Below are positions 41,872 through 53,073 of a stretch of 64,000 bases of DNA, piece by piece. A program made the translations under genes and the position numbers. The DNA comes from Waterburya sp. (GTDB taxonomy: Bacteria > Cyanobacteriota > Cyanobacteriia > Cyanobacteriales > Xenococcaceae), in NCBI GenBank assembly GCA_965217895.1, contig CBDCJV010000002.1, forward strand, positions 2,944,001 to 3,008,000. The letters run 5' to 3'. The notes below the pieces were generated by a model that was given only the letters and a program-made list of their open reading frames with translations, had not been told where the DNA came from and ran no database searches. Within the stretch, counting starts at the first letter, position 1, and each line of letters begins with the position of its first letter.

Positions 41872-43287
41872 TCAGGCAAATTCTTGAGGACGCAGTTGAC
41901 TCCAAGGTTGAGCCTGTTCTAGCCCAGATGCTAAAGCAACAATTGTTGCTTCTGAGGTAGGTTTGCCAATTAGCTGCACACCTAAAGGTAAGCCATTGCT
42001 ATCAAAACCCGCAGGTATATTAACTACAGGCTGACCTGTGACGTTAAAAGCTGGGTTGGGAAAAATCCAGTTAATAATCTTTTCTAATGTATCTTCGGGA
42101 CTTAGATCTGCCCACTCGCCGACTTTAATTGTCGGGTGCATATAAGTAGGAGCGACTAAGACATCAATCTGAGCAAACAGACTGACTAACTGTCTGGCAA
42201 ATAGCTGCATTTGCGTCACCGCCTGTAAATATTCTCCTGCCGTACCAGACTGAGTAAGCACCCATTGGTTCATCGGGCTTAATGCCTCTGGAGGGATTCC
42301 TGAAGCAGCTACAGCCGTAGCCCAAACAGTTTTAAATGGTTCGATTAAAGCAGAAAAGTCGATCGCCTGAGGAATAGCTGTATGTCCCATTGTAGTCAAC
42401 TGCCCAACTACTGTAGCTAAGCTTTTCTGACATTCTGGGGCTGGTTCACCTATGGGTAAAAATGAAGTAGCAAAACCAATCTTTAACGGTGGTAATGTTT
42501 GTTTAGTCGCCGCTAGAAAGGGAATCTTTGGCTTGGCTAGCCAATAGGGATCTCCTACCATATATCCAGAAGCAATGTCCAAAAACGCAGCAGCATCAGC
42601 AACGGTGCGGGTTAAGATCCCGTGAGTTCCTAGCCCACTCAAGCGATCGCCCACGGGCGCGAAAGAGATTCTACCACGACTGGGTTTAATACCTACTAGC
42701 CTACAAGAAGCAGCAGGGCCTCTGATCGAACCTCCTGCATCTCCTCCGAGGGCAATAGAACATAATCCCGCAGCCACCGCAGCAGCCGAGCCACCACTAG
42801 AACCACCAGGAGTATAGTCGAGATTCCAAGGGTTACGAGTTGCTTTAAAGCCTTCTGGCTCGGTATAGGGAAAAGAGCCTAACTGAGACGTAGCGGTTTT
42901 GCCTAAAATAATAAATCCTGCTTCTTTAATTTTAGCTACTACACCTTCGTCATATTTGGCTATTTGATCTGATAAAGCAGCAATACCATAGGTAATAGGC
43001 ATATTGGCTACAAATTTAAGATCTTTAATGCCAATGGGAACACCAAAGAAAGGAGGAAGATAATTAGTATCTAAAGTTTGAGCTATTTGTTCGGTTTTCT
43101 GTTGGGCATCAGCGATCGCACTTTCTTTTGCCACATAATAAAAGCAGCCAAGAGCAGGATTATACTTGGCTATTCTGGCTAAATATAGCTCCGTTAATTC
43201 TAAAGGCGTAACCTGACGCTCTTTGATTAAGCGAGCCTGTTCTAGAGTAGAAGTAAAAGCTAAATCCGTGGGGTTGTTTAAAGACAT
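41872..43287 (-). CDS. Amidase signature family protein
   Basis: GVPIGIKD, PGGSSGGSAAAV and DAGGSIRGPA. Confidence 0.92.
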   Translation of the reverse strand: MSLNNPTDLAFTSTLEQARLIKERQVTPLELTELYLARIAKYNPALGCFYYVAKESAIADAQQKTEQIAQTLDTNYLPPFFGVPIGIKDLKFVANMPITYGIAALSDQIAKYDEGVVAKIKEAGFIILGKTATSQLGSFPYTEPEGFKATRNPWNLDYTPGGSSGGSAAAVAAGLCSIALGGDAGGSIRGPAASCRLVGIKPSRGRISFAPVGDRLSGLGTHGILTRTVADAAAFLDIASGYMVGDPYWLAKPKIPFLAATKQTLPPLKIGFATSFLPIGEPAPECQKSLATVVGQLTTMGHTAIPQAIDFSALIEPFKTVWATAVAASGIPPEALSPMNQWVLTQSGTAGEYLQAVTQMQLFARQLVSLFAQIDVLVAPTYMHPTIKVGEWADLSPEDTLEKIINWIFPNPAFNVTGQPVVNIPAGFDSNGLPLGVQLIGKPTSEATIVALASGLEQAQPWSQLRPQEFA

Positions 43288-43613
43288 ATTTATTGAGAAT
43301 TAACAATAAGTTAAGTGCTATTAACTTTTTACTGATTAGTTCTACCCTATTAAACAGCAAATACAATTAAGGTGTCACCGCAACCAAAAATCACAAAGGA
43401 CTTGTCCGCATGTAGTCAGAAGTCAAAGGTTCTAAAGCGACTTAATTATAGTAATTTTTTTTAAATTAAATTTCTTTATAGAGTGATGACAAATTAACGA
43501 CACTAGAGAAAGTTTACAGAATACTCTCAGAAATTTTAACTTAAAAGGTGGAGTAGTTTTTTATGATAAATAGATCGAGAAAAAATTGGATTTCAGTATT
43601 GGGGATGAAGCTA

Positions 43614-44702
43614 CTATAAAGTTCTACCGTTATCTGGCTCAAAAACAAATAATTTTTCTAGGTCAAATTTTACCCAGATAGGATTGTCTTTCTTTCCCTG
43701 CCACGTAGCACCAGCTAACAAATTAAGTCTAGTGCTAGAGTCTGGAGCGATCGCTTTAATCAAAGTTTCTCTACCCAAAGGTTCAATTAAATCAACCTGT
43801 AATATAAGGCAATTATCGTTATTGTCTAGTTCTGAATTGGCAATAGTAATATGTTCAGGACGAATACCAATGTCGAATTTTTGTCTATTGGTTGGTAATC
43901 GTTGTCTAATAGAAGCATTTATTGCTATTGATTGATTATTAAAAACAATCAGGCGATCGCTTTCATAAACTGTAGGCAAAATATTCATCGGTGGATTGCC
44001 CAAAAACCCCGCCACCATACTATTAACAGGGTGAGCATAGACCTCTTGAGGACTGCCTATCTGCTGAACTTTGCCATCTTTTAAAACTACTATTTGGTCT
44101 GCTAAGGTCATTGCCTCCACCTGATCGTGGGTAACATAAATAGTGGTGATGCCGACTCTTTGATGTAGCTGCTTTAATTCTGCTCTTGTATCATCTCGCA
44201 ATTGAGTATCTAAATTGGATAAAGGTTCATCTAAAAGAAATACCTGAGGTTGACGAGCGATCGCTCTACCTAATGCTACTCGCTGCTGTTGTCCTCCCGA
44301 TAGCTGTTTGGGCTTACGCTTGAGTAAATGTTCAATATCTAAAGAGCGGGCTACTTCCTGAACTCTTCTGGCGATCGCTTTAGGTTTGGCTCGGCGCATT
44401 TTTAAACCAAAAGCTAAGTTTTCAGCCACGCTCATATGAGGATAAAGGGCATAATTTTGAAATACCATTGCCACATCTCTTTGTCTTGCGGGAATATCGT
44501 TAACCAACCTGTCGCCAATATAAAGCTCGCCCCTAGTGATAGATTCTAATCCAGCGATCGTCCTTAAAATAGTCGATTTTCCACAGCCAGAGGGACCAAC
44601 TAACACCCAAAAGGCGCGATCGGCAATTTCAAAAGTAATATTTTCAATTGCCGTAACATTGTCAAATTGACGAGTGATTTCTTGCAGACTGACTTGAGCC
44701 AT
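43614..44702 (-). CDS. Sugar ABC transporter ATP-binding protein (MalK/UgpC-like)
   Basis: GPSGCGKST, FQNYALYPH, LSGGQQQR, DEPLSNLD and a TOBE-like tail. Confidence 0.93.
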   Translation of the reverse strand: MAQVSLQEITRQFDNVTAIENITFEIADRAFWVLVGPSGCGKSTILRTIAGLESITRGELYIGDRLVNDIPARQRDVAMVFQNYALYPHMSVAENLAFGLKMRRAKPKAIARRVQEVARSLDIEHLLKRKPKQLSGGQQQRVALGRAIARQPQVFLLDEPLSNLDTQLRDDTRAELKQLHQRVGITTIYVTHDQVEAMTLADQIVVLKDGKVQQIGSPQEVYAHPVNSMVAGFLGNPPMNILPTVYESDRLIVFNNQSIAINASIRQRLPTNRQKFDIGIRPEHITIANSELDNNDNCLILQVDLIEPLGRETLIKAIAPDSSTRLNLLAGATWQGKKDNPIWVKFDLEKLFVFEPDNGRTL

Positions 44703-44963
44703 TTAAATTAATTCTTTGCTGCCTAAAAAATTATGATAACTAGCTCTCAGCCTTTAGCTCTTAGCTATTAGCTTTTATTAATGAAGCTTATATTTTTAAG
44801 CTTTCGCATTTATCATTTACTTTTTCTCAGCACCTAGAGTATAAATCTCCATTTGAAAGAGTCATTGTTCAATGTTTAATGCTCAATGTTCAATGTTTAC
44901 CTTGTTGATTTTCAAAAACCGTTGCTACAATAGCCTTGTTTTCTGGGAATAAAAAAGCTGCTA

Positions 44964-46364
44964 ATGTCTAGAACCTCTGCTACTTTGCGGGATGGAGTTA
45001 TCCTTAACAATCGTTACCGAATTGTTAAGCAGATAGGTCGAGGTGGTTTTGGTAGAGCCTACTTAGCCGAAGATACCCACCGCTACCGAGAATTATGCGT
45101 TCTCAAAGAGTTTGCCCCCCAAGTAGAAAGCGATCGCGAACTGAATAAAGCCGAAGAACTATTTGAACGGGAAGCGGGAATACTCTATAAACTGAAGCAT
45201 AAACAGATTCCTAAGTTTGAAGCACTGTTGCAGACTCGCATTGATGGCAAGCGATCGCTATTTTTAGTGCAAGAATACATTGAAGGGGAAGATTATTGGG
45301 AATTGTTGACCAGAAAAGGTCGCTTAAGCGAGGCTGAAGTCACTGATATGATCTGGGACTTGCTGCCAGTTTTGGACTATATTCATGCTTCTAAGGTAGT
45401 TCATCGCGATATTTCTCCCGATAACTTGATTCGTCGAGAGAGTGATGACAAAACTGTCTTGATTGACTTTGGCTGCGTCAAAATTGCTGCTAATGCTATT
45501 TCTAGATCGACAGGACAGTCGGTTACTTTGATCGGCAAAAAAGGTTATTCTCCTGACGAGCAAACCCGCCGTGGTCAGGCTTTTCCCTGTAGCGATCTTT
45601 ATTCTTTAGCAGCTACGGCGGTGGTTCTTTTAACTGGAAAACAGCCTAGTCAACTATACAATAGCTATCAAGGAAAATGGCAGTGGGAATCTGAGGCAAA
45701 AGTTAGTCCTGGCTTGAAAAAGGTCTTAAATAAAATGCTGGCAGATAAACCTAGCGATCGCTACGGGTCAGCAGATCGGGTTTTACAAGTTTTAAATAAA
45801 AAGAATAAATCCCCTGTTAGCAGCTTTATTTCTAGGGTTCGTACTTTGATAGTTGCTCCAGGAAATTCTGAAGATTTTGATTCTAATTTTTCTGGCAGCT
45901 TTAAATCTAAAAGCTACGGTAATATTTCTCGGATCGCTACTAAAGCGATCGCTGTCTCACGACGGCAAGTTGCTCGTCTTCCTTGGACGATGGATTTAAA
46001 ACGGATTAAACCCTGGCAATGGGGAATGATTAGTGCTGGAGTGATTTTGATTCCAGGTTTACTTAGCTTTGCGACGATTAAAACCAAAATGTCTCCAACA
46101 ATTGCCCTTGGCTCTAATAATGCAGAACATTCTGTTCTTAGCCAAAATGAACGGGACTTACAACAGGAAATTTATCAACGTATCAAAGCTTTAAATCTTG
46201 ATGCCAGTGCTTTTTATAAAGAGGTAGATACTGTTTTTCACGCTCAACATCCTGAGTTAAAGAGATTGCAGCTTACTGAAAGCTCAGAAGATCGGACTTA
46301 TCGTCAAATGTGGTATGAAATTGCCAGCAATTTATTGAACAAGCAAGAAAGAAGTAGACAGTAA
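44964..46364 (+). CDS. Hanks-type Ser/Thr protein kinase with a TM segment
   Basis: GRGGFG, VLKEF, HRDISPDN, DFG and SDLYSL; hydrophobic helix near the C-terminus. Confidence 0.92.
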   Translation: MSRTSATLRDGVILNNRYRIVKQIGRGGFGRAYLAEDTHRYRELCVLKEFAPQVESDRELNKAEELFEREAGILYKLKHKQIPKFEALLQTRIDGKRSLFLVQEYIEGEDYWELLTRKGRLSEAEVTDMIWDLLPVLDYIHASKVVHRDISPDNLIRRESDDKTVLIDFGCVKIAANAISRSTGQSVTLIGKKGYSPDEQTRRGQAFPCSDLYSLAATAVVLLTGKQPSQLYNSYQGKWQWESEAKVSPGLKKVLNKMLADKPSDRYGSADRVLQVLNKKNKSPVSSFISRVRTLIVAPGNSEDFDSNFSGSFKSKSYGNISRIATKAIAVSRRQVARLPWTMDLKRIKPWQWGMISAGVILIPGLLSFATIKTKMSPTIALGSNNAEHSVLSQNERDLQQEIYQRIKALNLDASAFYKEVDTVFHAQHPELKRLQLTESSEDRTYRQMWYEIASNLLNKQERSRQ

Positions 46365-46380
46365 ACTTTTGTGCAAAAAA

Positions 46381-46562
46381 TTAAGGATTTACTAGCTTGA
46401 AGAGAATAGTAATTATGATGTTCAACAAAATTAAAATTGCACTGAGTAGTACTCCAAATAGCCATTTAATCCAATTGACATCAACTTTAATTCCTGCTAT
46501 TTCTTGATCAGGATAATTATCAAAGGTAATATCAACGTTAGTGTTAGTAATGAATCCTGCAT
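46381..46562 (-). pseudogene. Possible frameshifted small two-TM protein
   Basis: MQDSLLTLTLILPLIIILI, then in another frame QEIAGIKVDVNWIKWLFGVLLSAILILLNIIITILFKLVNP*. Confidence 0.35.
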
Positions 46563-46647
46563 TATTTTTAATAATGCGATCGCAATTTACTATCGAGCTA
46601 AAAATATTACTTGTGCCGATTAATATCTTCTATCTCTTTCTAAGTCT

Positions 46648-46938
46648 CTAATTACTTCTTGATGCAGTCGCTCTAAGAAGGAAACCTTCAAGACCGCGCT
46701 GCATCGCCTTTTCATGATACCAAAGATAAGTTTGACCAGGATTTTTTTGGCGAGCGTGTCTTAACAACCTTAAAGCAACTTTTTTGTCACCGTTCAACAT
46801 AATCAATAATTGCTTGTCTAAACTCTTATCTAATTTGTGCTTAGGTTTTGCTTTTTTCTGCTTCTTAATTTCTCTTAATAAGATGAAAATCAGCAAAGAC
46901 AAGGTTATGAATATGACAACGATCAAAATATTGTCCAT
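46648..46938 (-). CDS. Small membrane-anchored hypothetical protein whose C-terminus is altered by a repeat insertion
   Basis: N-terminal TM, then L.GD...A.RLL...R..NPG....WY.EK; the displaced tail VIRDLERDRRY* lies at 46620-46655. Confidence 0.7.
   Translation of the reverse strand: MDNILIVVIFITLSLLIFILLREIKKQKKAKPKHKLDKSLDKQLLIMLNGDKKVALRLLRHARQKNPGQTYLWYHEKAMQRGLEGFLLRATASRSN
46656..46707. repeat. 52-bp dispersed repeat insertion
   Basis: GCAGTCGCTCTAAGAAGGAAACCTTCAAGACCGCGCTGCATCGC matches the reverse complement of 2283-2326 at 39 of 44 positions (hand count). Confidence 0.75.
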
Positions 46939-47115
46939 AGCTTAATCTAATTCTGGAAACTAACTATTAATTTAGTAATTCCCTTGTTTTAAGCAATAAT
47001 TTCATTTTTTTCGCTTATTTGACTGATTTGCCTAAAATAATTTTTCCCTTTACTCAAAGAAGTTCATATAATGGGACTTAATGTAACTTAACCTGTTGAT
47101 CAGCAGTCGCTAGCA

Positions 47116-50100
47116 ATGAACAGCATCTTTTTAGAACGTCTCCATAGTCCCAACCGTCCTGTACTCGTCTTAGATGGCGCGATGGGAACAAACCTGCAAG
47201 TTCAAAACCTCACCGCCGAAGATTTCGGTGGTGAAGCTTATGAAGGGTGCAATGAATATCTTGTCCATACCAAACCAGAAGCAGTGGCAACAGTGCATCG
47301 TGGCTTTTTAGAAGCTGGTGCGGATGTGATTGAAACCGATACCTTTGGCGGAACAAAGCTAGTTTTAGCTGAATATGATTTAGCCGACCAAGCTTACTAT
47401 CTGAATAAAACCGCAGCCGAATTAGCTAAAAAAGTTGCGGCCGAATTTTCGACTCCTGAAAAGCCTCGTTTTGTTGCAGGTTCAATTGGGCCTGGTACTA
47501 AGTTGCCTACTTTGGGACATATTGATTTTGATAGTCTAAAAGATGCTTACGTCGAACAAGCAGAAGCATTGTATGACGGTGGAGTAGATTTACTATTGGT
47601 AGAAACCTGTCAGGATGTATTGCAAATTAAAGCTGCATTAAACGCCATTGAAGAAGTATTTGAAAAGAAAGGTGCAAGGCTTCCCTTAATGGTTTCGGTG
47701 ACTATGGAACAGATGGGAACAATGCTAGTCGGTACAGAAATTGATGCAGCATTAGCAATTTTAGAACGCTACCCCATAGACATTTTGGGTTTGAACTGCG
47801 CTACAGGGCCAGACCTGATGAAAGAACATATCAAGTATCTTTCGGAACACTCTCCTTTTATTGTCTCTTGTGTTCCTAATGCGGGACTGCCTGAAAACGT
47901 TGGGGGACAGGCACACTATAAGCTGACACCAATGGAACTTCGTATGGCGTTGATGCATTTCGTGGAAGACTTGGGGGTACAGATAATTGGTGGTTGTTGC
48001 GGAACCAGGTTCGATCATATTCAAGCTTTAGCTGAGATGACTAAGGACTTAACGCCAAAAGAACGTCATCCTCATTATGAGCCATCTGCTGCATCTATCT
48101 ATAGTACTCAACCCTATATTCAAGATAATTCTTTCCTAATTGTGGGCGAGAGATTAAATGCCAGTGGTTCTAAGCAATGCCGTACTCTACTCAATGATGA
48201 AAACTGGGATAGTTTAGTTTCCCTTGCTAAGTCTCAAGTCAAAGAAGGCGCGCACATCCTTGATGTCAATGTAGACTACGTAGGACGAGACGGAGAGAGA
48301 GATATGCACGAACTAGCATCGCGTCTAGTTAATAATGTGACTTTACCTCTAATGCTTGACTCTACTGAGTCAACCAAAATGGAGGCGGGGTTAAAGGTTG
48401 CTGGTGGTAAATGTATTCTTAACTCTACCAACTACGAGGATGGAGAAGAAAGGTTTTATCAGGTATTAGATTTAGCCAAAAGATATGGCGCAGGAATAGT
48501 AATTGGTACTATCGATGAAGAGGGTATGGGTCGTACTGCCGATAAGAAGTTTGAAATTGCCAAACGTGCCTATGATGCAGCAGTAGCCTATGGCATTCCC
48601 GCCCCAGAAATATTCTTCGATCCTTTAGCTTTGCCAGTCTCTACAGGTATTGAGGAAGATCGAGAAAATGGTAAGGCTACCGTCCTAGCAACCAAAAGAA
48701 TTAGAGAAGAACTACCTGGTTGTCACGTACTTTTGGGTGTTTCTAATGTTTCCTTTGGCTTGAATCTAGCTGCTAGACAAGTCTTAAATTCTGTCTTTTT
48801 GCATGAATGTATGCAGGTAGGATTAGATTCTGCGATCGTTAACCCTAGTAAAATTTTACCCTTAGCTAAAATCGATCCTGCACATCAAAAGATCTGTTAC
48901 GACTTAATTTATGACAAGCGGGAATTTGATGGCGATATTTGTACCTACGATCCTTTAGGTGAATTAACTACTCTATTTGATGGCAAGAAAGTCAAGAAGT
49001 CCGAAGCAGTAGATAAGAACCTTCCCATCGAAGAACGCCTTAAACAGCACATCATTGATGGCGAACGGATTGGCTTAGACGAAGCTTTAGAGGAAGCTTT
49101 GCAACAGTATCCACCGTTAGATATAGTTAATATCTTTCTTCTAGATGGCATGAAGGTTGTGGGCGAACTATTTGGTTCGGGACAAATGCAGCTACCCTTT
49201 GTACTTCAGTCGGCGCAAACTATGAAAGCAGCAGTGGCGCATCTAGAACCCTACATGGATAAAGAAGAAGCTGATGACAGTGGTAAAGGCAAATTCGTCA
49301 TTGCTACGGTAAAGGGTGACGTTCATGATATTGGTAAAAACCTCGTTGATATTATCCTTTCTAATAACGGTTACAAAGTAATCAACCTGGGTATCAAACA
49401 GCCTGTAGAGAATATTATCAAAGCTTATGAAGAACACCAGCCAGATTGCATCGCCATGAGTGGCTTGTTGGTAAAATCTACGGCATTCATGAAAGACAAT
49501 CTAGAAACTTTTAATCAAAAAGGTATTAATGTTCCCGTCATCTTAGGTGGTGCAGCTTTAACTCCTAAGTTTGTTTATCAGGATTGTCAAAATGTATATA
49601 AGGGAAAGGTTGTTTATGGCAAGGATGCTTTTGCTGATTTGCATTTTATGGATAAATTGATGCCCGCTAAAGTAGAGCATAACTGGGATAATACCAAAGG
49701 TTTCTTAAATGAAGAGGATTTATCTGCCATAGAAGAAGGTGAGGCAAAACCATTTGAGGGAGAAAACCAAGATAAAATCTTTGTCGATGAAGTTAGTAGA
49801 AAAGAAGAACCAAAAATAATAGATACCAAGCGTTCTGAAGATGTACCTTTAGACATAGATCGCCCTACTCCTCCTTTTTGGGGTACAAAGATCTTAGAAT
49901 CGGCAGATATTCCTCTAAATGAAATCTTTCCTTATTTGGATTTACAGGCTTTATACGTAGGACAATGGCAATTTCGTAAGCCAAAAGAACAATCAAGAGA
50001 ACAGTATGACGAGTTTTTAGCTAGAAAAGTCGATCCTGTTTTAGAAGAGTGGAAACAAAGAATTATTGCCGATAATTTATTGCAACCCACCATAATTTAT

Positions 50101-50670
50101 GGTTATTTTCCCTGCAATGCCGAAGGAAATACCCTTTATATTTACGAACCTACAGATAAAGGATTCGTCAAACCTGTAACCTCTTTTGAATTTCCGCGCC
50201 AACGTTCTGGCAAACGTCTTTGTATCGCCGATTTCTTTGCTACTAAAGAATCTGGACACATAGATGTCTTTCCTATGCAGGCGGTAACGGTGGGAGAAGT
50301 CGCCACCGAATATGCCCAAAAGCTCTTTAAAGCAGATAATTACACCGATTACCTTTACTATCACGGTATGGCGGTACAAATGGCAGAAGCCTTAGCAGAA
50401 TGGACACACGCCAGAATCCGTCATGAACTAGGTTTTGCAGCCGAAGAATCAGACAACATTCGCGATACTTTGCAACAACGCTATCGAGGTTCTCGCTATA
50501 GTTTTGGTTATCCTGCTTGTCCTAATATCGAGGATCAATATAAACAATTAGATTTATTGGATACGAAGCGAATCAATATGTACATGGATGAAAGTGAACA
50601 ACTGTATCCTGAACAGTCTACTACGGCGATTATTACCTATCATCCTGTAGCAAGGTATTTCAGTACTTAG
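47116..50670 (+). CDS. metH: Cobalamin-dependent methionine synthase
   Basis: DGAMGT, GLNC, GGCCG, GERLN, B12 motif GDVHDIGKN and [10 protein letters not shown]. Confidence 0.98.
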   Translation: MNSIFLERLHSPNRPVLVLDGAMGTNLQVQNLTAEDFGGEAYEGCNEYLVHTKPEAVATVHRGFLEAGADVIETDTFGGTKLVLAEYDLADQAYYLNKTAAELAKKVAAEFSTPEKPRFVAGSIGPGTKLPTLGHIDFDSLKDAYVEQAEALYDGGVDLLLVETCQDVLQIKAALNAIEEVFEKKGARLPLMVSVTMEQMGTMLVGTEIDAALAILERYPIDILGLNCATGPDLMKEHIKYLSEHSPFIVSCVPNAGLPENVGGQAHYKLTPMELRMALMHFVEDLGVQIIGGCCGTRFDHIQALAEMTKDLTPKERHPHYEPSAASIYSTQPYIQDNSFLIVGERLNASGSKQCRTLLNDENWDSLVSLAKSQVKEGAHILDVNVDYVGRDGERDMHELASRLVNNVTLPLMLDSTESTKMEAGLKVAGGKCILNSTNYEDGEERFYQVLDLAKRYGAGIVIGTIDEEGMGRTADKKFEIAKRAYDAAVAYGIPAPEIFFDPLALPVSTGIEEDRENGKATVLATKRIREELPGCHVLLGVSNVSFGLNLAARQVLNSVFLHECMQVGLDSAIVNPSKILPLAKIDPAHQKICYDLIYDKREFDGDICTYDPLGELTTLFDGKKVKKSEAVDKNLPIEERLKQHIIDGERIGLDEALEEALQQYPPLDIVNIFLLDGMKVVGELFGSGQMQLPFVLQSAQTMKAAVAHLEPYMDKEEADDSGKGKFVIATVKGDVHDIGKNLVDIILSNNGYKVINLGIKQPVENIIKAYEEHQPDCIAMSGLLVKSTAFMKDNLETFNQKGINVPVILGGAALTPKFVYQDCQNVYKGKVVYGKDAFADLHFMDKLMPAKVEHNWDNTKGFLNEEDLSAIEEGEAKPFEGENQDKIFVDEVSRKEEPKIIDTKRSEDVPLDIDRPTPPFWGTKILESADIPLNEIFPYLDLQALYVGQWQFRKPKEQSREQYDEFLARKVDPVLEEWKQRIIADNLLQPTIIYGYFPCNAEGNTLYIYEPTDKGFVKPVTSFEFPRQRSGKRLCIADFFATKESGHIDVFPMQAVTVGEVATEYAQKLFKADNYTDYLYYHGMAVQMAEALAEWTHARIRHELGFAAEESDNIRDTLQQRYRGSRYSFGYPACPNIEDQYKQLDLLDTKRINMYMDESEQLYPEQSTTAIITYHPVARYFST

Positions 50671-50707
50671 TTAAACTATTAATGCAGACTAATTTCATTA
50701 TTCATGA

Positions 50708-51400
50708 TTGAAATATTTTGTTTTTAGTCTGCACTATATTGATAGTTTAGCGAAGATAAAAAATTATGATGATAGTAAAGAAAATCAAAAACGAATTGTT
50801 ACTGCACCTCAAACAAGTTTGTTACTAGATTTAACCACAAATAATGTACCTTTTGCTGTAATTAGTGTTGAGTTAAATAAGAATGAAGAGGTGGAGTGGA
50901 TTTGGACAATCTTAACAGGTTACAATAGGCGTTGCATCAAACGTTACGCTAAAGCACTCAAAGACTATTTCACTAAAGGAGAAGCTGGAGACGCAGCCTT
51001 TGGAGAAGTCAAATTTTACGGCATAGGTGCAAATCCCGCTTTTACAGCTCAACTACAAGACTTTGTGGGCTACTGATTGAACAAGCGCGGGAGTGGCTTG
51101 CTAGCGCATAAGATAGCGGTCTAAAAAATGAAAATATTCAAGCTATTTCTGGCAATTGCTCTTACTAGCCTGAGGGCAGTTGCACCTTCAAATCGACTCA
51201 TGCGATCGCAGTAATAGCACTGGGGTCGAACAGGATGCTTCCCCAGTTTTAGCGAGAGTTGGATTCAAACTAATTCCCAGTTCATTTAATTCCGATTGAA
51301 GGTCAAAATAGACCCAGGCATAGTTGCTTTTGGACGGGAATATACGGGACGACATGGATATTATCTATGGATATATGCTGACAGTGGGTAGAAAAATTGA
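50708..51400. other. Degraded gene remnants (chimeric ORF plus stop-interrupted reverse-strand fragments)
   Basis: The TTG-start 122-aa ORF looks mosaic; the minus strand at 51140-51400 reads as coding-like text with stops. Confidence 0.3.
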
Positions 51401-51600
51401 TGAGAATAGCTATCAATAAACTACCATTTAATCTCAAAGGTCTTAAGGCTATAAAACTTATACAGAGTATAGTCTAGCTTAGTTGTCTCCCCGTCAGGGA
51501 GTTTAAGGTGATTCATTTTTTAACTTGAGATTTAGCTTAATTTGATCGCAAGTCTTGAAATACCGTCATAATCATAGATAGACGATTTTTCGACAAAATT

Positions 51601-52434
51601 ATGAAAACACTACAATTAAAATCGGCAAAAGAAGTACCCATACTCGGTCAGGGGACTTGGCGCATGGGGGAAAAAGCCAGCCAAAAACAAGCAGAAATAG
51701 ACGCGCTGCGTCTAGGAATTGATTTGGGAATGACTCTGATTGATACTGCTGAGATGTATGGAGAAGGTGGTGCAGAAAAGATAGTTGCAGAAGCGATCGC
51801 ATCTCGTCGAGATGAAGTATATTTGGTTAGTAAGTTTTATCCTTACAATGCCAGTTATCAGGGATTAATAGCTGCTTGCGATCGCTCTTTGTCCCGACTT
51901 AAAACTGATTATTTAGATCTATATTTACTTCACTGGCGCGGCTCTGTACCCTTATCAGAAACCCTATCGGGATTGCAGCATCTTAAGCAAGCTGGAAAGA
52001 TTTTGGACTACGGCGTTAGCAACTTCGACGCGGATGATATGGAAACAGGATTATCTTTGCCTGGCGGGCAAGAAATAGTTGCTAATCAGGTACTTTATAA
52101 CTTAATGCGTCGTGGCATTGAATGGGATTTGCTTCCCTGGTGTAAAGAGCGTAATCTGGCGATTATGGCTTATTCTCCTGTAGAGCAACGAGCTTTTGTT
52201 GATGATTCTAAGCTAAAAGATATTGCAGCCAAACACAACGCCACATCTACCCAAATTGCCCTAAGTTGGTTACTACATCAGGATAATGTCATTTCTATCC
52301 CGAAAGCTACCAATCCCAAACACGTTAAAGAAAATCGTGCTGCTTTGGATATCAAGTTGACCGAAGAAGATTTGCAAAAATTAGACTATACTTTTAAACC
52401 TCCCAGTCGTAAAATCTCTTTAGCAATGCGATAA
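51601..52434 (+). CDS. Aldo/keto reductase
   Basis: LGQGTW, IDTAEMYG, LYLLHW, GVSNF, AYSP and IPKA. Confidence 0.93.
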   Translation: MKTLQLKSAKEVPILGQGTWRMGEKASQKQAEIDALRLGIDLGMTLIDTAEMYGEGGAEKIVAEAIASRRDEVYLVSKFYPYNASYQGLIAACDRSLSRLKTDYLDLYLLHWRGSVPLSETLSGLQHLKQAGKILDYGVSNFDADDMETGLSLPGGQEIVANQVLYNLMRRGIEWDLLPWCKERNLAIMAYSPVEQRAFVDDSKLKDIAAKHNATSTQIALSWLLHQDNVISIPKATNPKHVKENRAALDIKLTEEDLQKLDYTFKPPSRKISLAMR

Positions 52435-52464
52435 TTTATTTAGCGTTGGTGATTTAAGTAAAAA

Positions 52465-52506
52465 AGGGTGGCATCTTTTTACAATTTTATGCAGAGATGC
52501 CACCCT
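52465..52506 (-). terminator. Terminator hairpin between the convergent akr and rbp genes
   Basis: AGGGTGGCATCT...AGATGCCACCCT with a T-run on the minus strand. Confidence 0.7.
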
Positions 52507-52542
52507 AAAATCTTATTTCTTTTGTTTATCAATCAGACAAGC

Positions 52543-52827
52543 TTAAAAAGTATTAACTCGATAACCTGCAAAGCTCTTTCTGCTGTTGCGCGGTCTGGCT
52601 TTGTCAACTTTAATATCGCGTCCCATCCATTCTGCTCCGTTAAGAACTTTGATGGCTTTATCTTCGTTAGCTTCGGACTTCATTTCGATAAAAGCAAATC
52701 CTCTAGCTCGACCTGTTTCGCGATCTGTGGGAATATCAACTCGTTGAACGAAGCCATATTCATTAAAGACTTCGCTTAAGTCTTCTTGATTGATTTCATA
52801 GGCTAAGTTACCTACATAAATAGACAT
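52543..52827 (-). CDS. rbp: RRM-type RNA-binding protein
   Basis: SIYVGNL (RNP2) and RGFAFIE (RNP1). Confidence 0.95.
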   Translation of the reverse strand: MSIYVGNLAYEINQEDLSEVFNEYGFVQRVDIPTDRETGRARGFAFIEMKSEANEDKAIKVLNGAEWMGRDIKVDKARPRNSRKSFAGYRVNTF

Positions 52828-53073
52828 ATTGTTATTGTCTCCTCAATTGATGTTGTGTTCAGAGTGACAAGATTATTAGAAAGAAATAGCTCAATACTTG
52901 ATGGAAAAAACCTTCGTTACTGAATGCACACTTAATCGTTAATCTTTTGTTCTTGTTTTTTATTGTAACATAAATTTAAAAAACCTGCATGGTAACTACG
53001 TTTAGGCTACTCACTTCAGGAATTAATTCTAAAATATGAGGGTGCTTAAATTATTCTCTAACGGTTAATTAAT

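Noticed and set aside
46939..47115. Cobalamin or SAM riboswitch upstream of metH
   Set aside because: Short AT-rich region with no recognisable riboswitch core.
51140..51400. Possible IscB/HEARO-type omega RNA (ACTAGCCTGAG..GGATGCTTCCCCAGT)
   Set aside because: Only short word matches, no adjacent IscB/TnpB ORF, and the minus strand reads more like a decayed CDS. An Infernal search would settle it.
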